Below are positions 12,613-23,133 of a stretch of DNA of 64,000 nt, piece after piece. The notes below the pieces were generated by a model that searched no databases, was not told where the DNA came from, and worked only from the letters and a program-made list of their open reading frames with translations. Each line of letters begins with the position of its first letter. Positions within the stretch are counted from its first letter, which is position 1. Source of the DNA: Octopus vulgaris (lineage: Eukaryota); contig OX597823.1 in the NCBI GenBank assembly GCA_951406725.2, forward strand, positions 91,326,001 through 91,390,000, read 5' to 3'. Made by a program: the position numbers and the translations under genes.

Positions 12613-13148
12613 TGCCACCCAAGAAGAGAAGGACCCTCCTCAGCCCTCGGACGGCCAAGGCATCGGCTGCTAGGGCTAGAAGGGCACGCGAGACCCACGA
12701 GGAAACCGCCTTGCGCCTCTCGCAAACAGCTTCCCGTTATGCCGCTGCTCAGGCATCTGAAACTACTAGCGACCGTTCTACCCGACTTGCAAGGGTCGCA
12801 GCGTACAGATCTTCCCTCCGCTCGAGGTTGACGAAAGAGCAACAGTCCAGCCAAAACATGCGGGCTTCTTACTGTGCTTCCATCCGCAGAGCTCGCGAGA
12901 ACCCCGAACAAAGGGCCATTCGGAATGCGGCTAACGCCACTAGTACCGCCAGGACACGATCTGTCGAAACCTCACAGCAGAGGAGAACTCGCCAATGTGC
13001 TGACGCCGCAAACAAAGCCATGGCCAAAGCTGCCGAAACACCTCAACAGAGGAGAGCTCGCCAAGCTGCTAACGCCGCAAACAGCCAGGGCTCGATCTGC
13101 CGAAACTCCACACCAACGGACTATTCGGACATCCAGACATGCCATTAG
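12612..13148 (+). CDS. N-terminal part of Helitron RepHel (NLS + 23-aa STPR-like repeats); true frame only to ~13083
   Basis: ATG at 12612 gives MPPKKRR (basic NLS-like), then ETxxxRxxR units with 23-aa periodicity. The repeat continues in the 12874 frame after position 13083. Confidence 0.8.
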   Translation: MPPKKRRTLLSPRTAKASAARARRARETHEETALRLSQTASRYAAAQASETTSDRSTRLARVAAYRSSLRSRLTKEQQSSQNMRASYCASIRRARENPEQRAIRNAANATSTARTRSVETSQQRRTRQCADAANKAMAKAAETPQQRRARQAANAANSQGSICRNSTPTDYSDIQTCH

Positions 13149-16100
13149 CACTGCTTCTGCTAGGGCTTCAGAGGGTGCTGAGGCGAGAGCTGAAAGGCTT
13201 TCAAGGGATGCCACTGCTACCGCTGTCGCACGTGCATCTGAATCTGCTGAGGCACGGTGCACTCGACTTGAGAGTATCAACAAACGTCGGGATATCATTC
13301 GTGGTGTACGTACCCCTGCCCCCGCTTTCTGGTTGTCACTAGCATTCAACTACGACGCCACAATTAACTTCTCCTTGCGTGACGACATCAAGATAGGGTC
13401 AATGACAATTGTATGCCAGTTTTGCAAAGCCAAGAAATGGCCCGGAGAGCCACCTGGTTTGTGCTGCTCTGGTGGCAAAGTGGACCTGCCACCCCTACGG
13501 GAACCACCTCAACCACTGAAGGATCTCGCGGCGGGTTTAACCCCCGATTCGTCACAATTCCTTGAAATAATTCGAAAGTACAACTGCTCATTCCAAATGA
13601 CCTCTTTCGGGGCCAAAATTCCTCCCAGAGAAGGCTGGATGCCTACTTTCAAAGTGCAGGGACAGGTCTACCATCTTATTGGGTCACTTCTGCCAGACGA
13701 GATTCAGCAGTCTTCTTTCCTACAAATATACTTCATTGCCGACTACAACCACCAGGTTGATGCACGCCTTGGAATAATACCGGGTACAAGCTATGTTCCC
13801 CGCAAAGACATTCTTCTCCGTCTCCAAACCATGCTTCATGATATCAACAGCTACGTCTGCAGCTTCAGATATGCCTTGGACAGTGCTCCATCTCCAAACT
13901 TCACCGTTGTCATTGATGCTGATAAACGACCCCACGGGGAGCACGAACGCCGTTTCAACGCACCTGCGTGCAACGAAATTGCCGCAGTCATACACGGAGA
14001 GCAACACAACAGCCGTGACATAATCATCTCCTCCCGTGGTAACAACCTACACAGGATCAGCGAGACTCACAGATCTTATGACGCGCTTCAGTATCCATTG
14101 CTTTTCCCTTATGGGGAAGACGGCTACCACTTCGGAATTCCTTTACGGCAGCCCTTCAATCAAACTACTGCGGCATCAAAGACGGTTTCCTACAGGGCGT
14201 TCTACTCATACCGGTTCATGGTCAGGGAGGGTGAGTTCAACTTATTGCCCCGTTGTCGTCAGCTATTCAACCAGTTCGCCGTCGACATGGCCGCAAAAAT
14301 GGAATCGGAAAGGCTGCTATACATTAAACTTAATCAGACCAAACTTCGCTCCGACTCCTACATTCATCTCCGTGACGGTTTGCAACAAGAAAATGACCCT
14401 CGCAACATCGGCAAGCCATGCATTCTACCCTCCACCTTCACGGGAGGACCGCGATATATGCGTGAAAGGACCCAAGACGCCTTGACCTACGTGCGCATTT
14501 ACGGCCGGCCGGACCTCTTTATCACCTACACGTGCAATCCCAGCTGCGACGAAATCACTCGCGAACGCCTCCCGGGTCAATCTCACACCCATCGACAGGA
14601 CATCGTTGCTTGGGTTTTCCGTCTGAATTTGGGCAAAATGAAGGATTTGATAGTTAAGGGTCAGATTTTCGGGCATGTCAGGTGCCACATGTTTTCGCTC
14701 GAGTGGCAAAAGAGGGGCTTGCCACATGCTCACATCTTAATTTGGCTCACTCATAAAATCGAGACTAATGACATTGACAAATTCATTTCCGCCGAGATTC
14801 CTGACCCCGATGAGGACCCCGGACTCTACGAAATTGTCCGCACTACCATGGTACACGGGCCCTGTGGACCAAATTACGCCAACACACCATGCTACAAAAA
14901 CGGATTAGCCTGCTCAAAGGGATTCCCTAAACGGTTCACTTTGGAGACTCAAACAGGCGGCGATGGGTATCCGCTGTACAAACGAAGGAGTCCAGCCAAT
15001 GGAGGCCGCACGATTACGGTTGGGCGACATCAAGTGGACAACAGCTACATTGTCCCCTACTGTCCTCTCCTGTCGAAGATATTCAAAGCCCACGTCAACG
15101 TTGAGTTCTGCAGTTCCATCAGGTCAATACAATATGTCTGCAAATATATCAACAAAGGCAGCGATGCTGCCATGTTCAGCATCCAGAGGACCACCAGTCG
15201 CGACGAAGTGTCCAACTACTTGGCTGGCCGGTACCTCAGCAGCAACGAAGCGTTTTGGCGCATTTACGGCTTCCCGCTCCATCAGAGACACCCGGCTGTG
15301 GTGCAGCTTGCTGTACACTTGGAAAATGGACAGCGGATTTACTTCACAGAGCAAAGAGCTGTGCAGATAGCCACCAGCCCTAAAGACACAACGTTGACTG
15401 GTTTCTTCAAATTATGCCAACGTGATGACTTCGCTCGAACGCTTTTGTACCCACAGGTCCCATCGTACTTCGTGTGGTCTAAAAACACCTGGGTTCGACG
15501 GAAATCCGGCAAAAACGTCGAAAGCTTCCCAGGCGTCAAGTTTGACTCCTGCCTGGGTCGAGTTTACAACATCCCGCCAAACCAACAAGAATGCTTCTAC
15601 CTCCGTCTCCTTCTACATGAGGTCACTGGTCCAACAGGTTTCGCCAATATACGTACCGTCAATGGGGTTCTGTGCGACACCTTCAGGGAAGCATGTATGA
15701 GACTTGGCCTTCTAGAGGATGACTCCCAGTGGGACGCCACGATGGCAGAGGGTGCTTTACTGCAAACGCATTCGGCCCTACGACATCTTTTCGCAATCCT
15801 TCTTCAAAAATGTCAGCTTAGTGATCCACTAAGTCTCTGGATGAAATACAGGGATGACATGTCGCACGACTTCTTACGTACGGCTCAGCAACACTGCCCT
15901 TCCGCCGAGATCACGTTCACCAACTTCATTTACAATTTTGCGCTCATTCAACTCGAAGACGCTGTCATCGATATGGGTGGGTCTGCTTTAACAGAGTACG
16001 GCCTTCCACCACCCACACGTGAACACGCCAATGTTATGTCTGTTGAATTGTTACGCGAAACTTCCTACTGCATTGAGGAACTGCACCAGTACGTCCAAGA

Positions 16101-17481
16101 TAATGAACCACGGCTGCTTCCAGACCAGCGCATAGCCTACAACACCATCGTAGACTCTGTCAGACAGCAACGTGGGGGGATTTTCTTCCTTGATGCACCC
16201 GGCGGCACTGGCAAAACCTTCGTCACTAAACTAATTCTGGCACAGGTCAGACACAACACGGACATTGCCCTGGCTGTAGCTTCCTCTGGTATCGCGGCCA
16301 CGTTGCTTCCGGGTGGCAGAACCGCCCACTCTGCCTTCAGACTCCCGCTCGATCTGGCAAAGTCCGAGTCACCTATCTGCAACATCGCCAAGAACTCAGA
16401 ACAGGCCGACATTCTGCGCAGATGCAAACTCATCGTATGGGACGAGTGCACTATGGCACACAAAGGCGCCCTTGAGGCACTGGACAGGTCCCTGCAAGAC
16501 ATCAGAGACTCTACGGCCCCCATGGGAGGATTAACTTTACTTCTTTCAGGAGACTTCAGGCAGACTCTACCTGTTATTCCAAAAGGAACCCGTGCCGATG
16601 CCGTGCGCGCGTGCCTTAAGTCGTCAGCTCTTTGGGCACATGTGCGGCCCTTGCACCTCCAAGCTAACATGTGCGCGCAGTTAATTGGTGACAGCGGATC
16701 CGCTGCATTCTCCAGGGACCTCTTATCGCTCGGTGAAAATAGGATGCTGTCTGATGCGGATGGCTACGTTCAATTGGACTCACTTTGCACCATTGTCGAC
16801 ACCCCTGCTATCCTCCGGGACGCTGTCTTCCACGACCTACAAAACAATTTACGCGACCTAAAATGGCTGGCAGGCAGAGCTATTCTCGCACCCAAAAATA
16901 CAACCGTCAACTCCATCAATATCCAGCTACTTGAAGCTATTCCTGGTGATGTCCACGTCTACAAATCTATAGATAGGACAGCAGACCCCGCCCAGCTTGC
17001 CGATTATCCTGTTGAATTCCTGAATTCACTTGAACCGCCAGGCCTGCCACCACACATCCTGAAGTTAAAAGTCGGTGCGCCCATTATGCTCATCAGGAAT
17101 TTGGTTCCACCTAAACAGTGCAACGGCACACGTTTGGTTGTGAAACATTTGGCACCACATTTAATAACGGCCACAATACTTACCGGTTGTGGGAAGGGAG
17201 AGGACGTCTTCATTCCACGGATGCACCTTCAACCGTCGGGCGCTGACCTACCAATCCACTTCAGGCGTTCTCAGTTTCCTGTTAAACTCTGCTTCGCAAT
17301 GTCCATCAATAAATCCCAAGGCCAAACGCTACAAGTCGCTGGGTTACATTTGGGCGAACAGTGCTTCGCCCACGGTCAACTCTACGTGGGCTGTTCACGC
17401 GTTGGGAGGCGCAATGATGTTTTCATGTTTTCGCCCAAACGGACAGCTAGGAACATCGTATATACAGAAGTATTCCAGTGA
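12874..17481 (+). CDS. Helitron RepHel transposase (Zn finger, HUH/Y2 Rep endonuclease, PIF1-family SF1B helicase); biologically meaningful from ~13084
   Basis: Zn finger CQFCKAKKWPGEPPGLCCSGG. Rep motifs PDLFITYTCNP, EWQKRGLPHAHIL and YVCKYINKG. Helicase motifs DAPGGTGKT, GRTAHS, WDECTM, GDFRQTLPV, CNGTRL, AMSINKSQGQTL and HGQLYVGCSRV. Confidence 0.95.
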   Translation: MLPSAELARTPNKGPFGMRLTPLVPPGHDLSKPHSRGELANVLTPQTKPWPKLPKHLNRGELAKLLTPQTARARSAETPHQRTIRTSRHAISTASARASEGAEARAERLSRDATATAVARASESAEARCTRLESINKRRDIIRGVRTPAPAFWLSLAFNYDATINFSLRDDIKIGSMTIVCQFCKAKKWPGEPPGLCCSGGKVDLPPLREPPQPLKDLAAGLTPDSSQFLEIIRKYNCSFQMTSFGAKIPPREGWMPTFKVQGQVYHLIGSLLPDEIQQSSFLQIYFIADYNHQVDARLGIIPGTSYVPRKDILLRLQTMLHDINSYVCSFRYALDSAPSPNFTVVIDADKRPHGEHERRFNAPACNEIAAVIHGEQHNSRDIIISSRGNNLHRISETHRSYDALQYPLLFPYGEDGYHFGIPLRQPFNQTTAASKTVSYRAFYSYRFMVREGEFNLLPRCRQLFNQFAVDMAAKMESERLLYIKLNQTKLRSDSYIHLRDGLQQENDPRNIGKPCILPSTFTGGPRYMRERTQDALTYVRIYGRPDLFITYTCNPSCDEITRERLPGQSHTHRQDIVAWVFRLNLGKMKDLIVKGQIFGHVRCHMFSLEWQKRGLPHAHILIWLTHKIETNDIDKFISAEIPDPDEDPGLYEIVRTTMVHGPCGPNYANTPCYKNGLACSKGFPKRFTLETQTGGDGYPLYKRRSPANGGRTITVGRHQVDNSYIVPYCPLLSKIFKAHVNVEFCSSIRSIQYVCKYINKGSDAAMFSIQRTTSRDEVSNYLAGRYLSSNEAFWRIYGFPLHQRHPAVVQLAVHLENGQRIYFTEQRAVQIATSPKDTTLTGFFKLCQRDDFARTLLYPQVPSYFVWSKNTWVRRKSGKNVESFPGVKFDSCLGRVYNIPPNQQECFYLRLLLHEVTGPTGFANIRTVNGVLCDTFREACMRLGLLEDDSQWDATMAEGALLQTHSALRHLFAILLQKCQLSDPLSLWMKYRDDMSHDFLRTAQQHCPSAEITFTNFIYNFALIQLEDAVIDMGGSALTEYGLPPPTREHANVMSVELLRETSYCIEELHQYVQDNEPRLLPDQRIAYNTIVDSVRQQRGGIFFLDAPGGTGKTFVTKLILAQVRHNTDIALAVASSGIAATLLPGGRTAHSAFRLPLDLAKSESPICNIAKNSEQADILRRCKLIVWDECTMAHKGALEALDRSLQDIRDSTAPMGGLTLLLSGDFRQTLPVIPKGTRADAVRACLKSSALWAHVRPLHLQANMCAQLIGDSGSAAFSRDLLSLGENRMLSDADGYVQLDSLCTIVDTPAILRDAVFHDLQNNLRDLKWLAGRAILAPKNTTVNSINIQLLEAIPGDVHVYKSIDRTADPAQLADYPVEFLNSLEPPGLPPHILKLKVGAPIMLIRNLVPPKQCNGTRLVVKHLAPHLITATILTGCGKGEDVFIPRMHLQPSGADLPIHFRRSQFPVKLCFAMSINKSQGQTLQVAGLHLGEQCFAHGQLYVGCSRVGRRNDVFMFSPKRTARNIVYTEVFQ

Positions 17482-17604
17482 AGACAAGACATTGCAACGT
17501 CCACATGCACCTTCGTTCCCTGGAGGGAAAGGACTACATTGGGATTAGTCGTTGCCTACTAGGGGCTCTTACAGACCCGGGCAACGCCGGGCTATGCTGC
17601 TAGT

Positions 17605-17680
<76 letters not shown>

Positions 17681-17681
17681 A

Positions 17682-17730
<49 letters not shown>

Positions 17731-17829
17731 TCTGGAGATATGTGTATCCAGGTCGGCTAAATCAGGATGACAGAATGTGACATATTACATTTGAAATACA
17801 TATAATAAGTTTGAGTTCAGGGAGAAATA

Positions 17830-17882
<53 letters not shown>

Positions 17883-18937
17883 GAAGAAGCATAGTTCTCA
17901 ATATTTATCACTGTATTGACCAAACTACTGGATGTTGTTACACACATTGGGTCGCAATGCACACACTTGTCGTCAAATGATGCTAACTGCTGCCTGGCTC
18001 AGCTGGCCAACATTATTTAATGAGCCTGAAAATATATAAGAGGCAAAGTTAACCTTGACAGTACTTGAACTTAGATTACAGAGAACCAGAACAAACAGCA
18101 CAATCCATTTTTCATGATGCAGAAATAATTCTGTCATTTCATCAGCATCTTTCTCCGTTGCATGTCCTATGATCAAATATTGATTTCTAACATTAATACA
18201 AGGCCAGATAATTTATAGGTGATAATAATTGATTATATATTAGCACCTGTACTTGACTGTGGCCCCAGGTTGGTAATAAAGACTTACATAGCAATATTTC
18301 AACTCTGAAGAAGTAAAAAACTCTCATATTACTTTACTTATTTATGATGGGCCATCAAAGGCGATAAGAGCATCAATCCAAGAACTTCATCCTCCTCTGC
18401 TTCCGGCATCTTCTTTCTCATGGGACAAGACGTGACTGACAAGACTGATATGAGACAGGCAGATTCTGTGGAGCTGAGGGCAGTGAAAATGACCCTGAAT
18501 AACAGCTGCAAGGAGAGGGATGACGTGCCCTCCTCTTTTCAAGCAATCTCTTGCATTTGGTTTGAAAGCCTTCATCTCTTGTAACACAAATTCTGCTGAT
18601 GTACGCCTGTTTTCCACCTCAATAAATGCTTCTAATTTAGGCACAAGTCCAGCATCGACCCCAGTATCTGACTGGTATTTTCCTTTATTAGCCTCGAAAG
18701 GATGATAAGTAACACTGATCTTGGTTGCATTTCCACTCGAACTTCAGAACAGTGAAGTATTTTTTCTGACACTCTACCCAGGACCATGTGGTTGGGAAGC
18801 ATATTTCATTCCGCACAGCCACAATGGGGACGAAATCACTTTGTGTCTAAAATTTGTTCTATTTTCATTCAAAAAAATAGGTAAACTTTTGGGTCAACCA
18901 ACTATTAAAATCAATCAGTCAGTACCCATCTGTCGTC

Positions 18938-19175
18938 AAGGCGGCCAGCTGGCGGAATCATTAGCACGCCAGGCGAAATGCTTAGCGGTATTTCATCTGC
19001 CGCTATGTTCTGAGTTCAAATTCTGCCGAGGTCGACTTTACCTTTCATCCTTTCGGGGTCGATAAATTAAGTACCAGTTACGCACTGGGGGCCAATGTAA
19101 TCAACTTAATCCCTTTGTCTGTCCTTGTTTGTCCCTTCTATGTTTAGCCCCTTGTGGGCAATAAAGAAATAAGAA
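18938..19175 (+). mobile_element. tRNA-derived SINE, family B
   Basis: Head aaggcggccagctggcggaatc, B box gagttcaaattc and central cctttcatcctttcggggtcgataaattaagtacc. Other copies lie at ~20362-20575 (+), 45350-45510 (-), 49061-49460 (+), 55215-55350 (-) and 57010-57205 (-). Confidence 0.8.
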
Positions 19176-19772
19176 ACCGGAAGAAGCTTGTCTTCTGTGT
19201 GTGTGTGTGTGCATGTGTATTTGTCTTTTGACATCATGCAATCATTGTAAATGAGTGTCACCATCATACACGCAATGTGATTCATTTTTCAATCTTCCAT
19301 GAAAAACATGTCTGGCTAGGGAGTAGTATTACCTCATTTGGCCCTGGGCCTAAATTTAAAACCATTATCATTATTATTATTATTATTATTGTCATTGTCA
19401 TCATCATCATCATCATCATCATCGTTATTATTATTATTATTATCCTCTTCTTTCCATTTTGTTACCATTTCCTGCCGAATATCTTCAGGACACCTATGGC
19501 AAAGAAACTCACTGTATACATTGCTAGGTCATTATAATAAAGACACCGGATTGTTCATTTACAAAGTCATGTGATAGAAAGAAAAAAACAAAAGAGGTAG
19601 GAAGACAAAGGAAAGAAGGAAAAACAAGAAAAAATGAAAAAAAAAAGGAAAATAAAGAAAATAATGGGTAAAAATGAAAGAAGATTCACAGTGACAATGC
19701 TCTTCTCAGTATGTGTGACCATCACTAGTTAAGACAATCTTTTGCACTTCCTGCATGAGTGGTAAGCCAGAG

Positions 19773-20335
19773 ATCATCATCATCATCATCATCATTGTTT
19801 AACATCTGCTTTCCATCTGGTATGGGTTGGACGGTTTGACTGAGGACTGGCAAGTCAGAAGGCTGCACCAGGCTCCAATCTAAATGTGGAATGTTTTTAC
19901 AGCTGGATGCCCTTCCTAATGCCAACTACTCCGAGAGTGTAGTGGATGCTTTTTATATGCCACCAGCACAGGGGTCAATCAGGCAGTACTGGTATCAGCC
20001 AAATTTGGATGCTGCTTTTTATGTGCCACTGGCACAGAAGCCAGTCAGGTAGTACTGGCATTGGCCACACTTGAATGGTACTTCCTATGTGCTGCCGCAG
20101 GCATGGAAGCCAGTCAGGCGGCACTGGCAACAACCATGCTTGAATGGTGTTTTTTATGTACTGCCTGCACAGGAGTCAGTCAGGCAGTACTGGCATCAGC
20201 CATGCTTGAATGGTGCTTTTTATGTGCCACCAGCACAGGAGCCCATAAAGCAGCACTGGCAATGACCACACTCGAATGGTACCTTTTACATACCACCAGC
20301 ACGGGTGCCAATTAGGTGGTACTGTCATCAGCCAC
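19773..20335 (-). mobile_element. RTE 3' UTR fragment with ~6 internal ~59-bp tandem units
   Basis: (cat)n-tgtttaacatctgctttccat..., ctggatgcccttcctaatgccaac, then repeated ggtgctttttatgtgccaccagcac...gccagtcagg...actgg units. Confidence 0.8.
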
Positions 20336-21157
20336 AATCATCCTCAAATAATTTTCTGAGTCGGTGAGCTGGAGCTGACAGAATCACTGATCAAAATGCT
20401 TAACATCATTTCGTCTATCTTTATGTTCTGAGTTCAAATTCCTCCACGGTCGACTTTGCTTTTTGTTCTTTCAGGGTCAACAAAAAAAGTACCAGGTATG
20501 CACTGGGATTGATATAATCAACTTGTCCCCTTTTCTGCAATTGCTGGCTTAGTGCCGAAATTTGAGACCAATATTACTTTACTTGGAAAGACTTGAGGGC
20601 TTGCGACAGTTGTAGAAAATATTTGCCTCAATGAATTCTAGGAGACTGATGCAGTCAAGGGAGACTGAATGTTAAACAATGATGATGGTGTGACGAGAAT
20701 TCAATCGTTTAATGTCCAGCTTTGTGATGAGAGAACTTGGTCGAATGTCTTTATGCATCATTTACAATTAGGCTGTCTGTCAATATATGATTATATATGT
20801 CCAACCCTTGCCAGCAAGCAAAATGGACGTTAAGTGATGAAGATGATGATGATGATGATGTTATGTTGTGCTTTGGGTAGAGGAAGGGAGTGGAAGAGGA
20901 GGAGCACAGACACAAACACAAACTCACACACACACACACATGATGGGCTTCTTGCTGTTTCTTTCTACCAAATCCACTCACAAGGCTTTGATCAGCCTGA
21001 GGCTATATTTGAAGACATTTGCCCAAGGTGCTACACAGTGGGTCTGAACCCAGAACCATGTGGTTGGGAAGCAAACTTCTTACCACACAGCCATGCCTGT
21101 ACCAAAAATCACACCTGTGATAAATGTTTCCAAATGACCACTACACTATATGCTCAT

Positions 21158-21458
21158 GAGCATATGGCATAGTGGTTAAGAGCACAGGCTACTAACCTCA
21201 AGATTCCAAGTTCGATTCCAAGCAGTGATCTGAACAATAAAAATAATAATAACAACAACAACAACAACAACAATAACATCGAAAAATACCTTAGGAATGA
21301 GAACCTAGGTTCGAAATTTCCCCAAGACACCTGAAGAAGGCTGGAGGGTATGTCAACCGAAATGTTGTGTTAAACAAGACAAGGACATATGTATTAACAA
21401 CAAACAAGATGATGACAAATATCTGTCGAATGTAAATAATGTAAATAATGTAAATAAA
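21158..21458 (+). mobile_element. Solo PLE 3' cassette: tRNA-like head, (AAT/AAC)n spacer, hammerhead motif, (tgtaaataa)n tail
   Basis: A box tggcatagtgg at 21165 and B box agttcgattcc at 21209. It is colinear with the reverse complement of 1175-1369. Confidence 0.8.
21326..21371 (+). ncRNA. Minimal hammerhead ribozyme-like motif
   Basis: gacac-CTGAAGA-a-ggctg(gagggtatgt)caacc-GAAA-tg-TT-gtgtt. Confidence 0.6.
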
Positions 21459-21862
21459 GTCTTATTCGGTACTTCACCTTTTCTACTAATTCTGTCTCTC
21501 CCTGCCTTTATTTTCTCAGAAATTTCGTAGAGAAATGACCTTGGAACCCAGGGAATAAAATGGCTTTTGAGTTTGGGTTGCTCTCAGCCCCGTCACATGG
21601 CAGTTGTAATTAATTATAATAATTATAATTAATAACAGCAAGTCTAACAATGCTGCATAGATACTAAAAGTGAAGGAGACAAAGGGCTGATTTAATCGAC
21701 CTTCCTGCTTTGTAGGGATAAATTAGATCGAACTAATAGGGCTGAAAGGTAAAAAAATCAATGACACCATTCATAATGTTAATAACAAAAGAAATAACGA
21801 AACAGCAATAGTAATGATCATCGGTTTTATCTAATAATAATAATAACAATAATAACAACAAC

Positions 21863-21912
<50 letters not shown>

Positions 21913-22014
21913 TGATGATGATGATAAGATTAATAATAATAATGATGATAATAATAATAATGATAATTATTATTATTATTGTTGTTGTTGTTATTATTAT
22001 TATTATTATTATTA

Positions 22015-22049
<35 letters not shown>

Positions 22050-22139
22050 GCTATTATTGCTATTATTATTAGTATTATCATCATTATCATTATAATAATT
22101 ATTATTATTGTTATCTTTTTTTTCTTCTTCTTTCAAATT

Positions 22140-22658
22140 TGCTTCCATTTCTAGCCAAGTGTCTTCCCGACTCCTAGGGCAAAAAAACTCATAGTATACA
22201 TTGGTAGGCCATTAAACTAAACTCACTAGTTCGTTCATTTTTTATTAAGTAAAATTAAAATACATGGGTAGTAATAGTTCTCACATCGACAATGCTCTTC
22301 TCAATACGTATGATGTACCAGTTAAGACAATCTTTTGCACTTCTTGCAGGGATGGTAAGCCAGGGATCATTCTCATATAATTTTCGGTTCCCTCCTTGAT
22401 CATTCCTAATGCTCCTACGATCACTGGTATTGTAACTGCCTTGAGATGCCACATTTTCTCAATTTCAATGAGCAGGTTTTTATATTTTCTGAGCTTGTCA
22501 AACTCTTTCGCCGTGATATTATGATCACAGGGGATGCTCATGTTGATCAATAAGCAAACTTTATTGTTTTGGTCTTTCACAACAATATCCGGTTGATTGG
22601 CTTTGATGGTTCGGTCTGTATGTACTGGAAAGTCCCACAGAATCGTTACATTTTCTTC
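22140..22658 (-). pseudogene. R4/Dong-type non-LTR retrotransposon 3' fragment (restriction-like endonuclease domain), flanked by (AAT)n
   Basis: ILWDFPVHTDRTIKANQPDIVVKD...LINMSIP...EFDKLRKY...IPVIVGALG...QKIVLTGT matches the PD-D..K REL motif. Confidence 0.85.
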
Positions 22659-22660
22659 TA

Positions 22661-22711
<51 letters not shown>

Positions 22712-23133
22712 GCTATTATTATTATTATTATTGTTATTGCTATTATTGTTATTATTATTAGTATTATCATCATCATTATCATCATTATTATCATTATTAT
22801 TATTATAGCCACCATCATCATCATCATTATCATCATTTAATGTGCCGCTTTCCGTACTGGCATGGGTTGTACAGTTTGATTGAGGGCTGGTAAGCCAGAA
22901 GGCTGCACCAGGCTCCAATTTAATCTGGCAAAGTTCCTACACCCGGATGCCCTTCCTAACGCCAACTACTCTGAGAGTGTCATAGGTGCTTTATATGTGA
23001 CACCGCCACGAGGGCCAGACAGGGCCAGTCATATGTATATGTATATGTATATAAACATATATTCTGTGTGTGTATATACATATGTGTATATGTATACATA
23101 CACACACATGGACACACACACATACACATATAT

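Larger units (their letters stand above)
11460..17603 (+). mobile_element. Full-length Helitron (rolling-circle transposon), ~6.14 kb
   Basis: 5' end A|TCTCTCTATATATAAA at 11459/11460. The 3' hairpin cccgg-gcaacg-ccggg (17576-17591) is followed by CTAG (17600-17603)|T. There is no TSD and there is an internal RepHel ORF. Confidence 0.95.

Noticed and set aside
13071-13095. Programmed ribosomal frameshift in RepHel
   Set aside because: There is no X XXY YYZ slippery site, and the 69-nt periodicity is short by exactly 2 nt, which points to a deletion.
12600-17481. Bacterial or viral contamination, or a host PIF1 gene, as the source of the GC-rich block
   Set aside because: The Rep-helicase fusion, the Helitron termini and a related non-autonomous element in the same window explain it as a Helitron.
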